Positions 37,217 to 51,361 of a stretch of 64,000 nucleotides of DNA are shown here, in pieces; the first letter of the stretch is position 1; every line of letters starts with the position of its first letter. Made by a program: the position numbers and the translations under genes. Source of the DNA: Macrostomum lignano (Eukaryota); contig NIVC01000845.1 in NCBI GenBank assembly GCA_002269645.1, positions 62,001-126,000 of the forward strand, read 5' to 3'. The notes beneath the pieces were generated by a model. The model saw only the letters and a list, made by a program, of their open reading frames with translations. It did not search any database and was not told the DNA's origin.

Positions 37217-38173
37217 ATGTGGCTCTTTCTGTTGCTGTCTCTCGGCGTCTGCTGCTCAACAGTCGCGACCGCCTCCATGTCGAGCAAAAGTTCTTTCTCC
37301 AAGCTGGACATCTGTCCGGCGACTGACAAACTGGCGGAACTCGCCAAGCTGCAGGGCGCTCAGGATCCGAGGACCTGCTTCGTTGAGTGCGCCATCGAAC
37401 CCACCTGCTTCGTGCTGTACCGCTCTGGCGGCACCTGCTACTTCGGCACCGCTGAGCAGCGGGGCAGCCTCTTCACCCTGACCGTGTCGCCGAACTCCGA
37501 TCCATGCGAGAGCTTCGCTAAGAGCGCCCGGTCCAAGCTGGTGGTGTTGTTCGACTTCCGGCAGGGCTACACCAACCTGGTCAGTCCGGGCACCTTCGAT
37601 GCCGCACCCCACGGAGGCGTCACCAGGGACAGCCTGGGCGCCCACTTTGCCGGAACGGCTGCCGACTACATCGAAGTGGACACGCGCAGCGGATCCCTGG
37701 CTGCTGACTACCTGGACCATCCCAACAACTTTACCTTCTACGCCATGGTAGTCAGAGAGACATACTACCAAGCCTCTTACCACTGCTTCTACGATTGCGT
37801 GAACGCAGCTTCATCGAAAATGGCGTACTTCGGCGATCGCGGGGAGAAGGCCTGGGTTCAGCACCAGTTCCTGAGCGCGGGCACCGCCGAGACTCGACAG
37901 TCGGCCAAAATTGCCACAGGCAGCGCGCCTCTGGCCATCTCTCTCGGAGCTGTTTTCAACGGCAAGACTCTGAGCAATTTCCATTTCAACGGCACGTACC
38001 TGGCGACTAAAGATGCCATGAATTGGGGAACCTACGATACGCCTAAGTGCCTGCGACTCGGCTTCAACAAGGATGCGAGCGCCGGCCTCAAGGGCCGCAT
38101 CATCTGCTACGCCATCGCCAAGGCTGCCCTGAGCACCGCTGAGTTGAAGCAGCTGGAGCAGATCTGCTCCTAG
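37217..38173 (+). CDS. Secreted PAN/Apple-like + LamG/ConA-like lectin-fold protein, copy 1 (318 aa, intronless)
   Basis: Signal peptide MWLFLLLSLGVCCSTVATA; Cys pattern TCFVECAIEPTC...TCYF; LamG_3-like motifs F.G...DYIEV, FTFYA.V, LRLG, LKGRIICYAI..AALSTAE..QL. ATG 37217 preferred over the ORF-track GTG. Confidence 0.9.
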   Translation: MWLFLLLSLGVCCSTVATASMSSKSSFSKLDICPATDKLAELAKLQGAQDPRTCFVECAIEPTCFVLYRSGGTCYFGTAEQRGSLFTLTVSPNSDPCESFAKSARSKLVVLFDFRQGYTNLVSPGTFDAAPHGGVTRDSLGAHFAGTAADYIEVDTRSGSLAADYLDHPNNFTFYAMVVRETYYQASYHCFYDCVNAASSKMAYFGDRGEKAWVQHQFLSAGTAETRQSAKIATGSAPLAISLGAVFNGKTLSNFHFNGTYLATKDAMNWGTYDTPKCLRLGFNKDASAGLKGRIICYAIAKAALSTAELKQLEQICS

Positions 38174-38654
38174 AAGGTGGTTTTTAAATGTCTAAGAAAA
38201 GCCAGAAAGAAAATTGAAACTTAATTCATTTTGCAGCTATCGAAGAACTTTTATTTAAAAAATATACAAGTAAAACACCGCAATAGCGTCACTTTTGCAG
38301 CAAACAAAATTTTTCTTTTAAAGCTACTTTTTGAGTAGTATGATGCGATTTTTTCGGATCCAGAAAGAATGAAGTTGATTGAAACAATTTTTTAAAACTT
38401 GAGTTAATCTGTGATAAAAAAATCTGAAACTAGCTCGTAACTATTTAAATTTTTCGCCTTTTTGACTAAAACTATATTGTGTACTTTTTTATCGCTCCTG
38501 AAAAACAATATACTGGTACTTCGTACCAACAATTGCAATGTACGACTCGTACTTATGTGCAATAAGCACTGGTTCAAATTTAAGAACTTCTTGTTGGAAC
38601 AATGTTTATCAACTGTCTTCCGAATTGCCTTTTTAATTTATGTGGATTTAACTT

Positions 38655-40737
<2,083 letters not shown>

Positions 40738-41416
40738 GGCTAATTAGATACCAAGCTAGAGTTGGGTCTACGAATTCTGATTGCAGAAAGTTTGCTTACA
40801 AAGCTTCCGGTAGAGTTTTAAGAAAAGTTACAGAGCTTTAAAAACTTAAAAACACTGCTCACTTTAAAACGCCAGCGTTTGCCTTGAAAAGTTTTGGTAT
40901 GACTGCATTCTCAGCAGCAGCAAAGGTATCCAAAGAGAACACAGGCTGCAGCTGCAGCTGCTTGTGAATACATCCAGCTAGCTAAAACGGGAATATTGGG
41001 GATGAATTGACACAAGCTTAGGCGCTGAACTGGCTGTGGATTTTCTGAGTCCTGACTGATTTTACTTCTGCTCAGCTTCTTCAGTCAGTGGAATCTCTGC
41101 ACTGTTAAATCAGATTCCCTATCGGCAACGATAGATCAGATTCCCACTCAGCACTGCTGGATCAGATTCCCTCTCAGTACTGCTGGATCAGATACTGAAA
41201 CAGCACGTGAGCCTTCTGCGAAATTTTATCTTTCAACCTTATCTTTACTCTTCGGGAATTAAGGAAAAGTTTAGCCTAAAAGACAGCATCAGTTTGGCAT
41301 TTTTCATGCCTTAAGAGCCAAAGATAGACAAGTAGGATGGGGTGGTTGAGTTGAGTTTTTTAATATAAAAAGGGGACTCAGCCACAGTTTCCCCACCTGC
41401 CTAACTTCTGCAAGCC

Positions 41417-42406
41417 ATGCAGCACCAGCTCTGCTCAAGCATTCTGGCTCTCCTCTGCCTCTGCGCAGCGGTGGCCACCGGCTTCAACCAGCGAGTCTCG
41501 TTCAGGCAGCTGGCCGTGTGTCCCAGCACCGCCAGCCTGCCTCAGCTCGACAAGCTGGAAGGCGCTCAGGATCCGAGGACCTGCCAGGTGCAGTGCGCCA
41601 CCAGCCCCAACTGCTCCGTGCTGCACCGCACAGGCGGCACCTGCTACTTCGGCACCAGCGAGCAGCGGACCAGCCTCTTTACTCTGACATCACCGCCGAG
41701 TGCCGATCCGTGCGTGAGCTTCGAGAAGGTCAGCAGCATCATGTCGAAGATTGTACTGGCCTTCGACTTCCGGCAGGGCTTCAGCAATCTCGCCAGCCCG
41801 GGAACCTTCGATGCCACGCCTCGCGGAGCGGTGACCAGGGACGCTCAGGGAGCGCACTTTCCGGGCGCTGTCGCCGATTACATCGAGGTGGACACCATGA
41901 GCGGGTCCTTGATCTCCACTTACCTGGACCATCCCAGCAACTTTTCATTCTTCGCCAAGGTGGTTCGTCAGGACCAGTACGAGACCAGCTACCACTGTTT
42001 CCATAACTCCGTGTTGGATAATTCGGAACAACTGCTGTACTTTGGAGACCGCGACTGGAGTGCTTGGGTGCAGCACAAGTTCCTGTCTCTGAGTGGCTCA
42101 TCCCACCTTGAGAGTGCTGAGACCCGCCAGTCTGCCCAGATTGTGCCAGTCGGTTCGACCCAGGCTATCTCGCTCGGAGCCGTGTTCCACGGCAAGACGC
42201 TGAACAATTTCTACTTCAACGGCTCTGACTTGGCAACCGAGTCGGATCTCGGCTGGGGATCGTACACCGAGCCTCGGCTTCTCCGTCTGGGCTATCATTC
42301 GAATCCAAGTCACACCTTGAAAGGTCGCATGATCTGCTACATGATCGCCAAGACCGCTCTGAGCACCGCCGAGTTCCTCCAGCTTGAGCAGCTGTGCCCG
42401 TGGTAG
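41417..42406 (+). CDS. Apple-like + LamG-like protein, copy 2 (329 aa)
   Basis: Signal peptide; alignable along its length with copy 1; TATAAAAA box ~50 bp upstream (~41364). Confidence 0.92.
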   Translation: MQHQLCSSILALLCLCAAVATGFNQRVSFRQLAVCPSTASLPQLDKLEGAQDPRTCQVQCATSPNCSVLHRTGGTCYFGTSEQRTSLFTLTSPPSADPCVSFEKVSSIMSKIVLAFDFRQGFSNLASPGTFDATPRGAVTRDAQGAHFPGAVADYIEVDTMSGSLISTYLDHPSNFSFFAKVVRQDQYETSYHCFHNSVLDNSEQLLYFGDRDWSAWVQHKFLSLSGSSHLESAETRQSAQIVPVGSTQAISLGAVFHGKTLNNFYFNGSDLATESDLGWGSYTEPRLLRLGYHSNPSHTLKGRMICYMIAKTALSTAEFLQLEQLCPW

Positions 42407-42817
42407 AGAGTTGGCGGCAGCAGACTGTGACGTCCTCGGTTGACAAGAGGTTTAAAACCTTTTGCTTTGAACTACGGAGCTACATCCAGAAAAATAACTA
42501 GATTAGATAGGACAAACGATCTGCAGTGTAGGACTTTGTTTATTTGTTTTTGTGCTAGCGCATCCCTTAGAACCTCTTTTTGCCTGTTGTTAAGCAAAGA
42601 TTAAAACAAGAACAGTTCTGTTGGCGTCACTTCAATGTTTAAAAAAGTAAGCTATCATGCATTATAACAAAGCAATATAAAGACAAAATTGTCATCTTTT
42701 TGAAGGTAAAAAACAGTTAGAATGTGTATTTGAATTGTTTTCTTGATGCAGGGTCCAAGAAATAACTCAAGGCCAAAAGTAATTTCACAATTTTTTTATG
42801 ATGAGATAAACGAGGTA

Positions 42818-43179
42818 TTTTTTTTATTAGAGGCAGGGGGTTGTGTGCACCCTGGCGCACTTTAAGCGACATAGGCACACAACCGGCGAGAGGCATTACT
42901 GCCCATTCCGCCGACTCCCCTGAGCAGGCATACAAGCGCGCGGATACGTACGCAGGCACACACTCACACAGGAGTGTACAGCGGCCCTAACTTTATATTA
43001 TCGTTAGGCATGTACACTTCACTGCGCCTTGGGGGGTTGGCTCTCAAGGCCGTTAATTGCACGAGCAGAGCCAAGCCGAGATTCCAATTCAGCCCCAAAT
43101 TAATGTGACTGCACTTGGAATCGAGCCTGGGTCGCTGGCACACCAGAGCAGCTGCGCTACCGCTGGGCTACGGCCCCCC
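42818..43179 (-). mobile_element. Young tRNA-derived SINE, family 2, copy 1
   Basis: Reverse complement of 53314-53680 (about 97% identical by eye); 13-bp TSD GATAAACGAGGTA at 42805-42817 and 43180-43192; A-rich tail. Confidence 0.93.
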
Positions 43180-43515
43180 GATAAACGAGGTAACATTGAC
43201 ATGGGTATCGGGATAAGCAATGTCACCGCCGGTAGAGTACCGAGCTACTCTCATACTTTGGCGTGATGTCAATCAAATTTGCCTTTTTACGAGTCAGACT
43301 ACATGCTGGATTTCTTCTAAAATAGAAGCGCTATATAACCACATGTTTGGAGACAATGCTGGAAAATGGCGGAAAAGTTTTTTTCCGATCCATTAGCGAA
43401 ACGGCTCATTGTCTGTGCAATACAACAATAGGCATTGTCAGCAAAACGGTTGCAAACGGAAGCGATCAGACAAAAGTCTGCTGGAGCAAAACTGAGCCCA
43501 TTATTCTAGAAGAAA

Positions 43516-43830
43516 GGATGGTTGTAGCCTAGTGCTCAGGGTGTGAGACTAACGACTGAGAGGTCGGAGGTTCGATTCTTAATCCACTGGAACAGTTTTC
43601 GTCCTTGAGCAAGACACTTAACTCTGCATTGCTTCAGTTCACCCAGCTGTGAAATGGGTGTCAGCATTAGCTGGAGTAATTGAAGGTGTTTGGCGACCCC
43701 CCCCCCCCAGTCCTTGGACTGTACAGCCGTACGCAGCCTCAGATGCGCAGCGCAATAGCTGCGGCTGGGCTGTCGGTTGCACATCTGCCCATTGGTGCAG
43801 GTGGTAGTCAATTATTACTACTTATTATTA
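43516..43830 (+). mobile_element. tRNA-derived CORE-like SINE, copy B
   Basis: A box GTAGCCTAGTG, B box GGTTCGATTC; CCTTGAGCAAGACACTTAACTCTG...CAGCTGTGAAATGGG resembles the MIR CORE domain; (ATT)n-like tail. Confidence 0.85.
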
Positions 43831-44104
43831 GAAAAACCAGACACAATACTGCGAGTGTAGAATTCAATACGCAAAGATTCACCGTGTGCTTCTGCCTTCC
43901 AGTTTTCATTCCTTCAATTGAGCTGCCAAATCTGGCTGGTTGCCCCATTCCACGATAAGATTCTATGGCTAATGTCCCTCTGAATGGCAGTAAGTCATCC
44001 ATATAGGCGGACATCATCTGGGGCCTGAACCCGGTTCTTCGGTGCCTGCAACTTGAATTTAACAGAGAAGTCCCACGTGCTGGACCGACTGCGCCTCGTC
44101 CTCG

Positions 44105-45915
44105 GATGTCAGATGGACGGAATCGCCTCTGATGTCAGATGGACGGAATCGCCTCTGATGTCAGATGGATGGAATCGCCTCTCTGATGTCAGATGGATGG
44201 AATCGCCTCTGGTGTGAGATGGATGGAATCGCCTCTGATGTCAGATGGATGGAATCGCCTCTGATGTCAGATGGATGGAATCGCCTCTGATGTCAGATGG
44301 ATGGAATCGCCTCTCTGATGTCAGATGGATGGAATCGCCTCTGGTGTGAGATGGATGGAATCGCCTCTGATGTCAGATGGATGGAATCGCCTCTCTGATG
44401 TCAGATGGATGGAATCGCCTCTCTGATGTCAGATGGATGGAATCGCCTCTGGTGTGAGATGGATGGAATCGCCTCTGATGTCAGATGGACGGAATCGCCT
44501 CTGATGTCAGATGGACGGAATCGCCTCTGATGTGAGATGGATGGAATCGCCTCTGATGTGAGATGGACGGAATCGCCTCTGGTGTGAGATGGATGGAATC
44601 GCCTCTGATGTCAGATGGATGGAATCGCCTCTGATGTCAGATGGACGGAATCGCCTCTGATGTGAGATGGATGGAATCGCCTCTGATGTGAGATGGATGG
44701 AATCGCCTCTGATGTCAGATGGATGGAATCGCCTCTGATGTCAGATGGATGGAATCGCCTCTGATGTCAGATGGATGGAATCGCCTCTGATGTCAGATGG
44801 ACGGAATCGCCTCTGATGTCAGATGGACGGAATCGCCTCTCTGATGTCAGATGGATGGAATCGCCTCTGATGTCAGATGGATGGAATCGCCTCTGATGTC
44901 AGATGGATGGAATCGCCTCTCTGATGTCAGATGGACGGAATCGCCTCTGATGTCAGATGGACGGAATCGCCTCTCTGATGTCAGATGGATGGAATCGCCT
45001 CTCTGATGTCAGATGGACGGAATCGCCTCTCTGATGTCAGATGGACGGAATCGCCTCTCTGATGTCAGATGGATGGAATCGCCTCTCTGATGTCAGATGG
45101 ACGGAATCGCCTCTCTGATGTCAGATGGACGGAATCGCCTCTCTGATGTCAGATGGATGGAATCGCCTCTCTGATGTCAGATGGACGGAATCGCCTCTCT
45201 GATGTCAGATGGACGGAATCGCCTCTCTGATGTCAGATGGACGGAATCGCCTTTGATGTCAGATGGACGGAATCGCCTCTCTGATGTCAGATGGATGGAA
45301 TCGCCTCTGATGTCAGATGGATGGAATCGCCTCTGATGTCAGATGGATGGAATCGCCTCTCTGATGTCAGATGGACGGAATCGCCTCTGATGTCAGATGG
45401 ACGGAATCGCCTCTCTGATATCAGATGGATGGAATCGCCTCTCTGATGTCAGATGGACGGAATCGCCTCTCTGATGTCAGATGGACGGAATCGCCTCTCT
45501 GATGTCAGATGGATGGAATCGCCTCTCTGATGTCAGATGGACGGAATCGCCTCTCTGATGTCAGATGGACGGAATCGCCTCTCTGATGTCAGATGGATGG
45601 AATCGCCTCTGATGTCAGATGGATGGAATCGCCTCTCTGATGTCAGATGGACGGAATCGCCTCTGATGTCAGATGGACGGAATCGCCTCTCTGATGTCAG
45701 ATGGATGGAATCGCCTCTCTGATGTCAGATGGACGGAATCGCCTCTCTGATGTCAGATGGACGGAATCGCCTCTCTGATGTCAGATGGATGGAATCGCCT
45801 CTCTGATGTCAGATGGATGGAATCGCCTCTCTGATGTCAGATGGACGGAATCGCCTCTGATGTCAGATGGACGGAATCGCCTCTGATGTCAGATGGACGG
45901 AATCGCCTCTGATGT
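44105..45915. repeat. Minisatellite, 26/28-bp unit ATGGATGGAATCGCCTCT(CT)GATGTCAG
   Basis: Direct tandem repetition, ~65 copies. Confidence 0.97.
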
Positions 45916-46900
45916 ATTTTCATGCTTTAAATTTTCTTGCTTTCTGTCTGTCTTTGAGTACGAGAGAAGTAAACTTTACAATAAACGTAGTCAGAACATC
46001 AAAGGCTACTTGAAGTAACGTATTTCGTTGCCAAAATTCCAAAGAGATTTTTTTGCCAGCAACCTAGAAGCACCCTACCTAATTATAGAGAATTGCCGGT
46101 AAGGTCAAAACAATAACCAGGCTGAAAGCAGTAATTTTCCTGTTTACAGCTCATTCAAACTCAAATTTTTTTAACTTTTATATAATAGCAATGCCTCACG
46201 ATAGACATATTGACGGGCTCACCTCAGCTAATTAAAACGGTACATGCTTCCAGCAACTATTATTTTCTTAGAAAAATTCAGAATTTGAAATTTCTCATCG
46301 TTAAAATTTCCGGATTTATTTTTATAAACTTCTAATAGTTACGAAATATGTTTTTGCAACACTGTGGCACACTTCTGAAATGGTTGCTTATTTGCGAATA
46401 GGCAAATTTTCACGGCAAAGAGTTGAAACAAAATTTAAAAAGCAAGTCTAGTAGTCCTTGAACACAAGCGGGCCTGCCTGCTTCAGATTTTCTCCCTAGG
46501 ACTCCCTGGTCCTCATTGTTGAGTTTCTCCTCACTTCACTCCACGATGCTTTGACAATGCTGGAGAACCTCCTCTGTCTATAGAATCTTTTACTATCTTC
46601 AAAGTGGCCTCTTCAACAAGGTGGTGCTGGAGAGTTCTTTGTAGAAAGAAGGACATGAATAATTTATGAAGTCATGCTCAAAGCCAATGCAGCACCACTG
46701 CAGAAGCGAACAGTGCCCTTCCCAGTCTGCATGGGACCCCGCTGGGACAATAGACAATGCCTGCCTAGCCAGTTCCGCTTGAAGATGCGGAAAAGCGAAA
46801 GCGAGAAAATTTGTTGGCAAACTTGTAAATGCGCTTGAAACTGCTTAGTATTTAGTGCAACTCCTCCGCAGTTTCCTCACCTGCCTAACTTCTGCAAGCC

Positions 46901-47707
46901 ATGCAGCTCTGCTCAAGCATTCTGGCTCTCCTCTGCCTCTGCGCAGCGGTGGCCACCGGATTCAACCAGCGAGTCTCGTTCAGGCAGCTGGCCGTGTGTC
47001 CCGGCACTGCCAGCCTGCCTCAGCTCGACAAGCTGGAGGGCGCTCAGGATCCGAGGACCTGCCAGGTGCAGTGCGCCACCAGCCCCAACTGCTCTGTACT
47101 GCACCGCACAGGCGGCACCTGCTACTTCGGCACCAGCGAGCAGCGGACCAGCCTCTTTACTCTGACATCGCCGCCGAGTGCCGATCCGTGCGTGAGCTTC
47201 GAGAAGGTCGGCAGCCTCATGTCGAAGATTGTACTGGCCTTCGACTTCCGGCAGGGCTTCAGCAATCTCGCCAGCCCGGGAACCTTCGATGCCACGCCTC
47301 GCGGAGCGGTGACCAGGGACGCTCAGGGAGCTCACTTTCCGGGCGCTGTCGCTGACTACATTGAGGTGGACACCATGAGCGGGTCCTTGATCTCCACTTA
47401 CCTGGACCATCCGAGCAACTTTTCATTCTTCGCCAAGGTCGTTCGTCAGGACCAGTACGAGACCAGCTACCACTGTTTCCATAACTCCGTGTTGGATGGT
47501 TCAGTAAAGCTGCTGTACTTCGGAGATCGCGACCGACGTGCTTGGGTGCAGCACAAGTTCCTGTCTCTGAGCGGCTCGTCCCACCTTGAGAGTGCTGAGA
47601 CCCGCCAGTCTGCCCAGATTGCGACAATCGGTTCGACTCAGGCCATCTCGCTCGGAGCCGTGTTCCACGGCAAGACGCTGAACAATTTCTACTTCAACGG
47701 CTCTTAA
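46901..47707 (+). pseudogene. Apple-like + LamG-like protein, copy 3, 3'-truncated recent duplicate of copy 2
   Basis: Very high identity to copy 2 until ...TTCAACGGCTCT at 47704, then abrupt TAAAAAACTTAAAAAC; the last ~59 aa of the LamG fold are missing. Confidence 0.85.
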
Positions 47708-49552
47708 AAAACTTAAAAACTTAAAAAACGTTTAAAATAATGACAAGACCAATTTAACATGAAAAATCGATTAATGCGTCGTTAGAGCAGCATGTGAGGC
47801 ACAAAATAGTGTGATTAGGACTTTCTCTTACACTGTTAAGAGACCCAATCACTGTTTAGTGTTGAAAATCGTGAAATTTCCTATCTCCGCAGTGTATTTT
47901 TCCGGTGAAACCTGCCTTTAAACTATTTCTGACCGAAAAGCTTTATGAATATCGATAGGGCAATAAGAAAGGCACAACATATCAAAAGATGAACACTGGA
48001 TCTGCTTCCTATCAAAAGCAATAACAATTTTTGTGCTGAAAAAATTAAAACCTCCTATCTCTGTAGTGTATTTTTCGGCGAAAAGTTGCCTTCAAAACAT
48101 TTACCTTAGATTTCGAGTGTTGCGTCCTATTTATATGTTACTTGAGTAGTCCTTGCCTGTGGCAAACTTGATGCGAGTTTGCGTAAAGCTCTTCATAAAA
48201 GTGTTCTCAAGCCATTCTCCCACCAACTTCAAATGAATCAACCAGTGCTCCAATGTCTAGAGGGTCTAATATAGGCGTGTACTTTTAACGAGACTGATGG
48301 ACAGCCGAACAGGGAGGGAGGGGGTGGGTAGCGCAGCGGAAATGCGGCTGAATCTCTGGATGCGTGTCTACCCGACATGTAGGTAGAATAAACTCTTCCG
48401 TTTATAACCTTGACGTTGCTTGAAGCCTCTAAAGGATTCCGTGAGGCTGTTCAACAATGGGCGGGTGCGACTGCTAGCTTGAGAATGAAGCTTGTTGAGC
48501 GACGCAAAGTGTTCTTACATGTAGACTCAGTCAGTTGAGCCTGCCTATGGCGCCATCGGTGCCGGGGCCCCAGATCCCTTACTCTTAGTCTTGAGGTAGT
48601 CGCAGGCTTTGCTTCTTACCTGGCAACAATGCTCAGTCTTTAAGTAGAAGTTTCTATGGAAACTCATCGATTTTCTGGTCAAGCCATCGCCTACCTACGA
48701 GATCGGCTCAGTGGTTATGGAAGGGGCTTCAATGCCTTCTGTTAGCACCAGGATGGTAGTTGAGAGAAAGCTACTATGCTAGCAAGTTTGGCAAGTCGTG
48801 TCGAGTGCAGCTGAAGTGAAAAAAACTGTTTAAGCTCAGCTACTCGGTGCGAAGTGCGAAGTAATCGGTTGAATAGGCAAGCGCGTTAAGAGGGTTAACC
48901 TGGCATGACATCTTGACGGTTTTTTCTCTAAGAAGGCATGTACGTGTCCTTGGTTCGTAAAAAAAGTGGAGTGGAAGTGCCCAACTTACTCAGTCTACTC
49001 ACCATTCTCCAAGGACCACTTCGAAGCGCTACCGAAAACAACGGCTATTTCATAGTAGCTCGTAGACGAATATTTCAGCCATTCAAATAATTTCAAATTC
49101 ATTTCGAATCATTTTAAGTCATACCAACAAGACGTGTCAAACCTGCTTGTCCCAATGTCTCCCAACGGAATCAATTGTTGACAGGCGCATGTCTCATTGG
49201 TGTCTTAGAATTTGTACAGACATAGTATTTAAGCTTCCCTATTTCAAAAGGTACATAGTTCATTACAAAGCAGGCTTAAAACATTCTTCTCCTAGTAGCT
49301 AGTCTCTGCCTGATAGCAGAAACCAGAAAGCAAGTTGTGTAGCTATAGAAACGCCCACAACAACAAAACTCCGCTGGATTGTACAAACCGAGTCGCTTTG
49401 CCACAAAGAACGATAAGCCAAAGACAGCCTCGTTCCTGATTGGTCCGTCCCAAGGCCCTCTGGAATTCTATTTAGCCCTGGCGAGGCGCGGGAACTGCGG
49501 ACACAGAAGTCCAACTCTGCGAGCGCCTTTCAACAAACCAGCCAGTCGCGAT

Positions 49553-50557
49553 ATGCAAGCCCGAGCCGCTCCCATGCCGCTGCTGCTGCTGTGGCTTTGT
49601 ACCGCCAGCGGGGAGGCCAGAACTCGAATCGTGGAGCAGAACGTCACCTTCGACAAGCGGACGGTGTGCCCCAGCAATGCAAGCCTCGCTCAGCTAAGCT
49701 GGTTGTCTGGCGCACAAGACGCTGGCGCCTGCTTGTCGGCCTGCGCAGCCAACGCCAGCTGCTCGGTGCTGCACCGCTCCAACGGAGTCTGCTACCTTGG
49801 CGACTCCAACCAGCTGGCCGGCCTCTTCAACCGGTCCGAGGCTCAGAGCGCCGATCCATGCGTGAGTCACGTGAGGCGGGACGTGAAGTCCAAGCTGGTC
49901 GTGCTGTTCGACTTCAGGCGGGGCTTCGCCAACCTCGTCAGTCCGGGTAGCTTCGACGCGACGCCTCACGGAGATGTCGTCCACGACGCTGACGGGGCCC
50001 ACCTGTTTGGCTCTAGGAATGATTACATCGAGGTGGACACCCGCGGCGGCACCTTGATCTCGTCTTTTCTCGAGACACCTGCGAATTTCTCATTTTATGC
50101 AAAAGTATTCAGACGACTGACTGCTACCGATCTGTGGTTCAGTCACTACGGGAAAAACTATCATCACTTTTATAACTGCCAATGGGGATATGAAGCTGGA
50201 GCTCTAGGCGAAAGAAACGGTTTTCCCATGGTTCGGCATCGGTTTATAGCCAACAGTTTCAAGCAGTGGGGTCGGGCGGACATCGAACCAGCCCCTCTGG
50301 CCAACGACTCTCCGATGCAGTTCTCGGTTGGCGTTGTGTTCAACGGAAACTCCCTGAACAACTTTTACTTTAACGGGTCTTCGATGCGCGTCCGGGCGAG
50401 CAACGCCTTCGGGATGTACAGCTCACCCGGCTGCCTCAGGCTGGGCTACCACTCTGACAGTAGGTTTCGGCTGAAAGGCCGCCTGATCTGCTACGCCATC
50501 GCCAAGACTGCGCTAAGCACGGTTGAGTTCCAGCAGCTGGACCAGCTCTGCGGGTAG
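49553..50557 (+). CDS. Apple-like + LamG-like protein, copy 4 (334 aa, most divergent)
   Basis: MQARAAPMPLLLLWLCTASGEA signal peptide; same Cys pattern and KLVVLFDFR, DYIEVDT and LKGRLICYAIAKTALSTVEFQQL motifs. Confidence 0.9.
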   Translation: MQARAAPMPLLLLWLCTASGEARTRIVEQNVTFDKRTVCPSNASLAQLSWLSGAQDAGACLSACAANASCSVLHRSNGVCYLGDSNQLAGLFNRSEAQSADPCVSHVRRDVKSKLVVLFDFRRGFANLVSPGSFDATPHGDVVHDADGAHLFGSRNDYIEVDTRGGTLISSFLETPANFSFYAKVFRRLTATDLWFSHYGKNYHHFYNCQWGYEAGALGERNGFPMVRHRFIANSFKQWGRADIEPAPLANDSPMQFSVGVVFNGNSLNNFYFNGSSMRVRASNAFGMYSSPGCLRLGYHSDSRFRLKGRLICYAIAKTALSTVEFQQLDQLCG

Positions 50558-51361
50558 CCGCGGCAGCTCAAAAAGATCCAAATCACCATCGATTAAAGTA
50601 GAAACTCTTTTTGAAACTTTTTCAACGATATTATTTCTGCAAACATTCAATTAAAGCATCGATTATTTGCTTATTTTTTATTGTAGAGCTGGACATGGAT
50701 GTCATAAATTGGTCATAAGCTGGCTTTCCTGTTGTCGTCCACGTGTATACATTTTAAAAGATTGTCCTGGATGTAATTCAGTTACAATATTTTTCTCTAA
50801 TTTTATAACCCCAGATATATTCTACTCGTATTTCTGCCCTCAATACTTATGCAATTTATGTAATTCGATCGAGCGTAAATATGGATATTCTAAAGTAACC
50901 AAATTGGGCTTCATCTCGACGCCCATTTCATTATTTATGGTGTCCAATAGAGTAACTTGCATTATACGAGCGCAATCTTTATCGTTTTTCAATAACTTTC
51001 ACAAGTACTGCATGGGCCTGCGAGCATCATGAGAGCCTCATACATCCGAGCATGCATTCGAGCATCGTACTGGAATCACATGTCTAGAACTTTTCCGAGA
51101 CGGGTTAAACGGAATCGTTAGCTAAATTTAAGTCAAAAACATTTCGATTGCTACTCACAAGTAGTGAAAACGCATAAAAATTAGTAGGAGTCAGCTGATG
51201 CAAACGTTCTCTCTTCGTCATCCGTCCAAATCAGTCCTTGCTCAGCCAATCGCTGATAGCCTTGGACTCACCCCATGCAAATGAGCAGCTCTTGAGTACT
51301 TAAGACACAGGCCACTCGTTTCTGTCTTAACAGCCCCGGGTCCCTTCTGCTGCAGAAGACA

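Noticed and set aside
44105-45915. CRISPR-like regular repeat arrays (also 5145, 12290, 23335)
   Set aside because: The units are contiguous with no unique spacers, there are no cas genes, and the context is eukaryotic.
46480-46820. Coding-looking stretch upstream of lectin copy 3 (minus strand)
   Set aside because: Stops interrupt the frames and no domain is recognisable; may be a decayed TE.
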